Positions 15,981-22,105 of a stretch of 22,105 nt of DNA are shown here, piece after piece. The stretch's first letter is position 1; each line of letters begins with the position of its first letter. The DNA comes from Candidatus Thorarchaeota archaeon (GTDB lineage: Archaea; Asgardarchaeota; Thorarchaeia; Thorarchaeales; Thorarchaeaceae). The translations under genes and the position numbers were made by a program. The notes under the pieces were generated by a model. It saw only the letters and a list, made by a program, of their open reading frames with translations. It had not been told where the DNA came from and searched no databases. The stretch spans positions 1 through 22,105 of the forward strand of contig JAEOTX010000188.1 of assembly GCA_016839605.1 (NCBI GenBank), in the 5' to 3' direction.

Positions 15981-18900
15981 TCATCCTGACGTCGCATACT
16001 TGACGAAATCCTCAGCGAGCACACGATCAAGTGTTTTCGCAAAGAACTCAGCGTTCTCTCTGGTGAATACAAGAGGGGGTTTGATCTTGAGGACATTATT
16101 GAAGGGACCATCCGTGCTTATCAGAATCCCCAAGTCTTTCATGCGATTGGCGACATACCTCGCCTGTTCCGTTGCAGGAGTTAGAATCTCATGGTTGAGG
16201 ACTAGCTCCACTCCAATGAATAGGCCAAGTCCTCTGACATCACCGATGATCTTGTGTTTCTTCTTCAAGATGTATAACTGGTCAATCAGGTAGGCACCGA
16301 CTTGGTGTGCGTTCTTTTGAAGGTCTTCCTCTTCTATTTCATCAAGGACCGCCATCCCAACAGCACATGACACTGTATTTCCGCCAGTAGTGCTAAAGAA
16401 CTCCATCCCAGTATTGAAGGACTCTGCAATCTCGGGTGTTGTTATGACAGCACCTAGTGGATGGCCATTTCCAATCGGTTTGCCAAGAGTTACGATGTCA
16501 GGAACAACGCCCTGTGTTTCAAAGCCCCAAAAGTGACTGCCAACCCGTCCGAATCCCACCTGCACTTCGTCTACGATGCATACTCCTCCAGCATCGCGAA
16601 CATAACCAAACGCATCTCGGAGATAGTTCTCAGGAAATATGATTTGACCAGCGCATCCCATCAGGGGCTCACAGATGAAAGCCGCCACTCCCTTTTCTTT
16701 ACCCAAGTCAAGAGTCTTCTTTAGAACGTCCATAGCGTATTTCTCACCGGCTTCCGGATTATCAGACTTGAAAAGGCCTCGATAGACATCGGGCGTCTTC
16801 ACCTTGTGAACATGTGGGGGAGCACCCTCACCCCCGGGTCCATCGAACTTGTATGGGCTGATGCCCACAAGGGTGCCTGTGTTTCCATGATAGGCACCAT
16901 CAATCACAATCAATTCGGTCTGCCTGGTGTGCGCATATGCCAGCCTAAGCGCGAGCTCGTTGGCTTCGCTACCACTATTGACAAAGAAACAAACACTCAG
17001 AGGATCTGGCATCTTGCTACAAAGCCGTTCTGCGTATCTCACTAAGTTTTCGTGAAGATACCTAGTGTTGGTGTTCAATACTCTCGCTTGGCGTATGAGT
17101 GAGGCTACCACCCTTGGATTGGAGTGACCTACATGGGGGACGTTATTTCGACCATCCAAGTATTGCTTGCCATTCGCATCATAGAGATATTGCATCTCGC
17201 CGCGGACAATATGGAGTGGTTCATCGTACGCAGTTCTAAGAGACTTGCCAATGTAACTCTGGCGAGCCTCCAAGACTGTCATTGTATCCATAGGAACCAA
17301 AATACGATCTTCTGGTAGTTGCAGGATAACGTTTGGATCCGGACAAATACTTAGCCACACTTCTCTCATACTTGCAGGAGCAACACCGAAGAAATCACCT
17401 TCTTTGTCGAGCATGTCTACAATCAGTTGAAAGTGCAAATGAGGCGGCCATCCGCCGTTTTCCGGGTACGATCCTACTTCACCAATCTTTTTGCCCTTCC
17501 TTATCTCGTCGCCCTTAGTCAGGCCTATAAGAGATCCCTTAGTCAGATGCGCATATAGTGTGTAGAATTTCAGGTCAGTGAAACCCGCGTCGTGCTCCAG
17601 AATTATTGTAGGCCCGTTGTCTAGGGGCAAATCGTTATCCTTGAGACTATGAACCGTCCCATCAAGTGGAGCCATGATCTGCGTTCCAGGCTCTAGTATT
17701 AAGTCAGTAGCAATGTGAACAGTCCTCGACTCCCCTGCGGGATTCAAATATTGCTCACCAGCATAGATCAGTCTGGCTTCATTGTATCTGGCAATGCCAA
17801 ACTTTGCCTCTCCCTCAGATATCCCTCGCGACATAATGGCTGAAAACTTATCGATGTCAGTTAGGTCAGAGGTTTTCTCGATCTCAAGGCTGCCAACACT
17901 GAGGTCTATCACTGTGAAGGGAGCCTTTCGAATGTCAAATTCAATTAGCGGGCCTATATCCCTAGCATTCTCTCTTAGCCACTCGACAACTTTCTCACTG
18001 TTGACGCATGGTGGTAGACCACACGCTTGACGGAACGCATATGATGCGAATCTAGGATGAACTTCCATAAGGCGCTGCAGGAGATCCCAGACGTTCTCCT
18101 GACTTATGAGCAGATATTTGTTATCGGGCTCCAGTTGTGTCTGATACCCCGCAATTGCAATACTTGTAGCGAGTCTAGCCAGAATTAGAGGGAAGAGGAG
18201 CTCGATCTCGGTCTCGGTCAAAGGGTAGTTGGAATGATAGCCCTCAACAATCTTAGATGCAGCTCCTATTGGATCCGCCTTGCCCAATAATGCATATGCA
18301 ATCGCCACAGCGAGCTCATTGATAGTATGAGTCAACACCATATCACCAAAGTCCAGAATGCCAAACCGAGCCTCCTCGGGGGAATAGGCATTTGAAACAA
18401 GGACATTGTAGTCATTTGCATCATTGTGGATAACACTAGTTCTGAGGTCAGGCATACGTGGAACAGCCAAAGTATCATAGATTGACATGACGTAATCTAT
18501 AGCTTTGGCCTTTTCAGAATCTTTGACGTACTCCTTGTACTTCTCTATCACTGAACTAGCTAGTTTGAGATCCCAATAGAACATCCTCTTTGCAGAGGGA
18601 TGGGAAAAGCCCTCAAAGCCACAGGTCAGGGCGCCAATAAATTCTCCATATTCTTTCAAAAGGCCAGGTGAGTGCGGTTTTAGCTCGGCGAATAACATAC
18701 CTGGTAGATACCGCAAGAGTCTCACAAGATGTTCGTTCTTCTTGGAGTCTTTCAGGGTGAGAATCTCGTCACCGTCCTTGGACAAGACAAAGCGAGGAAC
18801 ATTGAATGGGATATTCTTGTCAGCCAAGTGCTGCATGGCTCGGTGCTGCATATCCAAGATTTCGCGAGTTTCAGATTTGGCGGCAATTTTCAAAACGTAT

Positions 18901-19049
18901 TCGTCGCCGAAGTCCGTTCGAATGTAAAAGTTCAGATCACGTTCACCTGGAAGCTCCTTGACAGAACCTTTCACTCCGAATTTGGTCTCAGCAATCTTCC
19001 GTGCTTCCTCATCTGTGAATCGAGGACGATTGGTATCTCGTTCGAACAT
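15981..19049 (-). CDS. Three-domain fusion: APH/hydroxylysine-kinase-like phosphotransferase + M23 peptidase-like domain + class III PLP aminotransferase/phospho-lyase (1022 aa)
   Basis: Kinase: [28 protein letters not shown]23: HIATD (HxxxD), YTLYAHL, PPHLHFQ (HxH). Class III aminotransferase: [77 protein letters not shown]. Confidence 0.92.
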   Translation of the reverse strand: MFERDTNRPRFTDEEARKIAETKFGVKGSVKELPGERDLNFYIRTDFGDEYVLKIAAKSETREILDMQHRAMQHLADKNIPFNVPRFVLSKDGDEILTLKDSKKNEHLVRLLRYLPGMLFAELKPHSPGLLKEYGEFIGALTCGFEGFSHPSAKRMFYWDLKLASSVIEKYKEYVKDSEKAKAIDYVMSIYDTLAVPRMPDLRTSVIHNDANDYNVLVSNAYSPEEARFGILDFGDMVLTHTINELAVAIAYALLGKADPIGAASKIVEGYHSNYPLTETEIELLFPLILARLATSIAIAGYQTQLEPDNKYLLISQENVWDLLQRLMEVHPRFASYAFRQACGLPPCVNSEKVVEWLRENARDIGPLIEFDIRKAPFTVIDLSVGSLEIEKTSDLTDIDKFSAIMSRGISEGEAKFGIARYNEARLIYAGEQYLNPAGESRTVHIATDLILEPGTQIMAPLDGTVHSLKDNDLPLDNGPTIILEHDAGFTDLKFYTLYAHLTKGSLIGLTKGDEIRKGKKIGEVGSYPENGGWPPHLHFQLIVDMLDKEGDFFGVAPASMREVWLSICPDPNVILQLPEDRILVPMDTMTVLEARQSYIGKSLRTAYDEPLHIVRGEMQYLYDANGKQYLDGRNNVPHVGHSNPRVVASLIRQARVLNTNTRYLHENLVRYAERLCSKMPDPLSVCFFVNSGSEANELALRLAYAHTRQTELIVIDGAYHGNTGTLVGISPYKFDGPGGEGAPPHVHKVKTPDVYRGLFKSDNPEAGEKYAMDVLKKTLDLGKEKGVAAFICEPLMGCAGQIIFPENYLRDAFGYVRDAGGVCIVDEVQVGFGRVGSHFWGFETQGVVPDIVTLGKPIGNGHPLGAVITTPEIAESFNTGMEFFSTTGGNTVSCAVGMAVLDEIEEEDLQKNAHQVGAYLIDQLYILKKKHKIIGDVRGLGLFIGVELVLNHEILTPATEQARYVANRMKDLGILISTDGPFNNVLKIKPPLVFTRENAEFFAKTLDRVLAEDFVKYATSG

Positions 19050-19077
19050 GACTAATACACCTCAGATCATCCACTTC

Positions 19078-19512
19078 TCATTCCAACGATAGATTGTCGA
19101 TTATAGACTCCTCAAACTCGCCAGGTGGCATATATGCAACTCTCTTGGGTTCAATGCGAATAAGCGCGTAGTTTGGGTCATCCACACCGGACCAATAGTT
19201 CTGGAAATAGGAAGTAGCAGTAGCCACTTTCTTCTTTGTAACAGCATCCTCCACAATCTGAGCCTCTCCTGATATCCTGAGGTAGCCACGATTACCGCCA
19301 TGCTCAACCATGCTCAAGACCTCAACCCGGTTGTCTTTCCGGATTTGGTCCACCTTCTTGGAATTTGTGCCAGTCAGCACAAAGAGAGACCCTCCCGTCT
19401 TGACGACAGTGACTGGTCGTACACGGGGAGATCCTGCTTCACTAGTGGCTAGATACACAGAAGACTCGCTCTTGAGTACATCATCCGGTGTTGGAACCGA
19501 AGTGTTGTTCAT
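19078..19512 (-). CDS. Pyridoxamine 5'-phosphate oxidase-like FMN-binding split-barrel protein
   Basis: VYLATSEAGSPRVRPV, TGTNSKKVDQIRKDNRVEV, YLRISGEAQIV, DDPNYALIRIEP. Confidence 0.85.
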   Translation of the reverse strand: MNNTSVPTPDDVLKSESSVYLATSEAGSPRVRPVTVVKTGGSLFVLTGTNSKKVDQIRKDNRVEVLSMVEHGGNRGYLRISGEAQIVEDAVTKKKVATATSYFQNYWSGVDDPNYALIRIEPKRVAYMPPGEFEESIIDNLSLE

Positions 19513-19569
19513 CGTACCTGTTCTAGCGGTATCAATACAGATAAATCAAGTCCGCTTGTTGACACGGCC

Positions 19570-20067
19570 ATGAAAGAGGAGTGCCTTGATGAAGTCACGA
19601 TAACTGTGTTTCCACCAATACCGGGGATTGGTGTTATCGAAGAGGATCCTGTTGTGGAGGATGATGCATGTGGTGACCCAACTCCTCCAGTTCCTGCCCC
19701 ATCCGAGAAGGTCGATGATGATACCTTAGTTATTTCATTAGCTCCCAAGGACCCTACTGATAAGATCACTGCGATGCTGCAGAAGGTCAAAGACAAGTTC
19801 GGGGAAAGCGTATGTCTTCGATATGCCAAGTATGATACGAATGAGGATTCCGAAGAAGCACGGTCCTGGCTCAATGCGGCATTGAGAGGTAGCGGGGACA
19901 ATACTGTCTTGGACCATCAGAAGTTCTCTATGTTCATTGGCTCTACTGCTCCAATCATCTCAATAAACAACAGGCTGTCCTTTGTCGGGACAACACCTAC
20001 TCTTCCTCAGTTGATGAGCAGGGTCTCTGCTGCACTGAGAATGGCTGAAGAAAAAAGAGTGGAATAG
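19570..20067 (+). CDS. Hypothetical protein with probable thioredoxin-like fold (ArsD-like arrangement)
   Basis: Beta strand VTITVF, acidic/Pro loop with ACG, helix ending KDKFGESV, and C-terminal APIISINNRLSFVGTTPT resembling the cis-Pro beta-beta-alpha end of Trx folds. AT-rich ATAAAT ~25 bp upstream (possibly leaderless). Confidence 0.55.
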   Translation: MKEECLDEVTITVFPPIPGIGVIEEDPVVEDDACGDPTPPVPAPSEKVDDDTLVISLAPKDPTDKITAMLQKVKDKFGESVCLRYAKYDTNEDSEEARSWLNAALRGSGDNTVLDHQKFSMFIGSTAPIISINNRLSFVGTTPTLPQLMSRVSAALRMAEEKRVE

Positions 20068-20107
20068 GTCTCACCCCGGAATGCATTGAGCAGACCGAGG
20101 GAGACCT
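20066..20107. terminator. Long imperfect hairpin between convergent genes (possible bidirectional terminator or 3' stabiliser)
   Basis: AGGTCTC/GAGACCT (7 bp), CC/GG, CGG/CCG and TGC/GCA stems around loop ATTGA; no U-tract. Confidence 0.45.
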
Positions 20108-20122
20108 GAGAGGAGATAACAT

Positions 20123-21478
20123 TCACGCTGGTTGTTCTTCTGAAGCTTTACTCTTCGCAAATGACGGAATAGAATTAGGTGCGAGTTCACCGTCCATCAA
20201 TGCTCCATAGGCGCCCATGTCAAAATGCCCGTGGCCGGAAAGGTTGAACACTATGACTCGTTCTTTGCCAGCCTTCTTGGCATCCCGTGCTGCATCAATA
20301 GCAGCCTTGACTGCAAAGGCAGACTCTGGAGCAGGGATAATGCCCTCAGCCTTCGCAAAGACAAGCGCGGTTTCTAGAACAGGAATCTGATCATAAGCAA
20401 TTGCACGAATCCGACCCTCGTTGAGAAGTGCGCTTATACTGGGCGCAACTCCGTGATATCTAAGTCCACCAGCATGGATTGGTGGTGGTGTGAAGTCTTT
20501 ACCCAGGCTATACATCTTGACCATGGGGGTCATTCCTGCAGTGTCGCCAAAGTCATACTTGAACTCGCCCTTCGTCATTGATGGACAGGCAGTTGGCTCC
20601 ACGCCTACGAAATCAGTCGCCTCAAATCGACCATCTGCAATAAAGGGGTAGGCCATTCCGGCAAAGTTGCTGCCGCCTCCTACACAGCCGATGATTGCAT
20701 CGGGCATCACGTCATCCTTCTCTAGCTGTAAGATTGTTTCTTGCCCAATCACTGATTGGTGAAGCAGAACATGATTCAGTACGGACCCAATAGTGTATTT
20801 CGTGTCATCGTTAGCCACGGTATCTTCAATGGCCTCGCTTATCGCGATGCCCAGTGTGCCTGGATGGTCGGGATTCTCGGCTCTAACCTTCTTCCCAAAT
20901 TTCGTCCTATCAGATGGACTTGGAACTATCTCAGCCCCATAAGATCGCATCATGGTTCCACGATATCCTTTCTGCTCCAAGCTTACTCGCACCATATACA
21001 CCATTGCTTTTAGCCCGAAGTGAGCACAAGAGAGAGCTACGGCACTTCCCCATTGACCTGCACCGGTTTCAGTGGCATATCTGGCAACGCCCTCGTTCTT
21101 TGCATAATATGCTTGCGCCAATGCAGTGTTGAGTTTGTGGCTGCCTGTGGGCGATGCATCCTCACGCTTGTAATAGATGCGCGCCGGGGTGTTCAAGGCT
21201 GCCTCTAGCCCAACCGCTCTCTGAAGCGGTGTAGGGCGACCGTACATCTGGTAAGCCTCTCGGACTTCTTCAGGTATCGGCACGGTTTTTTCCGTCGCCA
21301 CTTCTTGCTTCACACACTCAACAGCAAAGAGTGCCATCAGCGCCTCAGGACCGATAGGTTCTCCTGTCCCTGGATTCAGGGGAGGGGCCAGGGGCTCTTT
21401 GAGGTGGGGCAAGATGTTGACGTAATGTTTCGGTACTTCATCTAGGTCCAATAGGACCCTACTAGCTTTTCTAGTCAA
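20123..21478 (-). CDS. trpB2: Tryptophan synthase beta chain 2 (TrpB2), PLP-dependent
   Basis: TrpB2-type N-terminal extension (VPKHYVNILPHL..PL.PPLNPGT), GRPTPLQRA, SPTGSHKLNTALAQAYY (PLP Lys), TETGAGQWG, GSVLNHVLLHQ, GCVGGGSNF, IHAGGLRYHG, EGIIPAPES, FNLSGHG. TTG start with GGAG upstream. No trpA neighbour. Confidence 0.96.
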   Translation of the reverse strand: MTRKASRVLLDLDEVPKHYVNILPHLKEPLAPPLNPGTGEPIGPEALMALFAVECVKQEVATEKTVPIPEEVREAYQMYGRPTPLQRAVGLEAALNTPARIYYKREDASPTGSHKLNTALAQAYYAKNEGVARYATETGAGQWGSAVALSCAHFGLKAMVYMVRVSLEQKGYRGTMMRSYGAEIVPSPSDRTKFGKKVRAENPDHPGTLGIAISEAIEDTVANDDTKYTIGSVLNHVLLHQSVIGQETILQLEKDDVMPDAIIGCVGGGSNFAGMAYPFIADGRFEATDFVGVEPTACPSMTKGEFKYDFGDTAGMTPMVKMYSLGKDFTPPPIHAGGLRYHGVAPSISALLNEGRIRAIAYDQIPVLETALVFAKAEGIIPAPESAFAVKAAIDAARDAKKAGKERVIVFNLSGHGHFDMGAYGALMDGELAPNSIPSFAKSKASEEQPA

Positions 21479-21534
21479 CTCTATACTCTCCGTTTTTTGT
21501 TATATCAAATGGCCCTCTCCCCTGATTTTGGCGA

Positions 21535-21681
21535 GGAAGCTGCTGACACAGTCTGAATGACAATGAGTCAGCAATTCCAAGAAAACAAGTCGGTGCTTGC
21601 GTTGAGCGTGCGATATATGGAATATTCGCTAGGTGGGCCTCTCTCGGCCCGCGATCCATTGGCAATAACGCACGCTCATCG
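21535..21681 (-). promoter_or_regulatory. Structured 5' leader of trpB2 (two hairpins, intervening U-rich tract)
   Basis: Hairpin 1 (21678-21603): UGAGCGUGCG/CGCACGCUCA, AUGGA/UCCAU, UCGC/GCGA, GGGCC-GAGAGA-GGCCC. U-rich CUUGUUUUCUU at ~21589-21579. Hairpin 2: UGCUGAC/GUCAGCA (21573-21541), extendable with GGAA/UUCC. Confidence 0.65.
21629..21679 (-). CDS. Putative Trp-containing leader peptide (uORF) MSVRYCQWIAGRERPT
   Basis: ATG 21679 to TAG 21631-21629. Preceded 4 nt upstream by AGGATGTGA, the same 9-mer that precedes the ABC binding-protein start. UGG at codon 8 (21658-21656). Confidence 0.5.
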   Translation of the reverse strand: MSVRYCQWIAGRERPT

Positions 21682-21725
21682 TTTCACATCCTATGGAAAG
21701 GGTTATCCATCGCGCGCATCATTCC

Positions 21726-21771
21726 TTTATAAAGTTGACCATTTTTGTACATCACTCCCCGTTTGTGTACA
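21726..21771 (-). promoter_or_regulatory. trpB2 promoter: TATA box with upstream phased TGTACA boxes
   Basis: TTTATAAA 21726-21733; TGACCA 21736, TGTACA 21746, TGTACA 21766 (spacings 10, 20). Confidence 0.6.
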
Positions 21772-21780
21772 TTGAGGATT

Positions 21781-22105
21781 TTAGAGGCTTCTGAGCATCA
21801 GAGTATCAAGATATGTATCCATGGCGAACATGGTCAGGGTCCGATCCACTGCTGGCATCTCACGAAGTGAGTCAACGATGAAGTTGTTCATCTCTTGAAC
21901 ATCCTTCGCTCTCACTTTCAGAAGCACATCGAACTCACCACTCAGAACATGGACCTCCTGTACGAATGGATGCTGAGTGATTTCTTCACAGAATTCACGC
22001 TGAGAAATGACCTTTCTACTCCCCGGCACCCGATAGCGAATAGTAATGAGGATTAGGGCCAAAGTAGGACGACCAAGTTTTACGGGATTGAGGACTGCAG
22101 TGAAT
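21781..22105 (-). CDS. Lrp/AsnC-family transcriptional regulator (C-terminal RAM domain; 5' truncated by window)
   Basis: Frame is open to the window edge: FTAVLNPVKLGRPTLALILI...HPFVQEVHVLSGEFDVLLKVRAKDVQEMNNFIVDSLREMPAVDRTLT, the typical Lrp linker and effector domain. Confidence 0.9.
   Translation of the reverse strand, partial: FTAVLNPVKLGRPTLALILITIRYRVPGSRKVISQREFCEEITQHPFVQEVHVLSGEFDVLLKVRAKDVQEMNNFIVDSLREMPAVDRTLTMFAMDTYLDTLMLRSL

Noticed and set aside
19506-19524. Additional TGTTCA box at the PNPOx-like gene start
   Set aside because: A single exact copy explained by the codons ATG AAC A, with the next near-match out of helical phase.
20066-20107. SECIS element (GAA...A-like internal loop)
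   Set aside because: Neither flanking gene shows an in-frame TGA within a conserved coding region, and the motif match is loose.
21479-21700. T-box riboswitch or TRAP-binding site in the trpB2 leader
   Set aside because: No UGGNACC antiterminator bulge; the UGG lies on the 5' arm rather than in a 3' specifier loop; no regularly spaced (G/U)AG array.
21684-21710. Tiny upstream ORF MDNPFHRM on the minus strand
   Set aside because: Its ATG is only ~15 bp from the TATA box, so probably upstream of the transcription start; it has no SD and no Trp codon.

Overview
Gene-dense archaeal chromosomal window. Archaeal origin is inferred from GGTGA/GAGGTG-type Shine-Dalgarno (SD) motifs, TATA-like promoters, C-terminally membrane-anchored surface proteins and TrpB2; the gene mix suggests an Asgard/Thorarchaeia-like anaerobic peptide fermenter, but this is inference. 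Left half: a membrane-anchored BPL-N/class-I amidotransferase-like hydrolase, then a Dpp/Opp-type ABC operon with a Trp-rich binding protein, both permeases fused in one 906-aa chain, and two ATPases. This is followed by a corrinoid protein plus a pyrrolysine-free MtmB-family methyltransferase, a putative RHH + CxxC + tandem V4R-like regulator, and a divergent M20 deacylase. The three promoter regions of this block share helically phased TGWWCA boxes, one overlapping the regulator's own start codon, which points to an undescribed uptake/deacylation/demethylation regulon. Right half: DUF1614, a Zn-finger microprotein, ICMT-like, HD, DinB, a hypothetical, a kinase-M23-class III aminotransferase fusion, PNPOx-like, thioredoxin-like, trpB2 and a partial Lrp/AsnC gene. 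trpB2 has a ~200-nt structured leader containing an SD-led 16-codon Trp-containing uORF buried in a long hairpin, a candidate archaeal attenuator. No rRNA, tRNA, CRISPR array or mobile element was seen.
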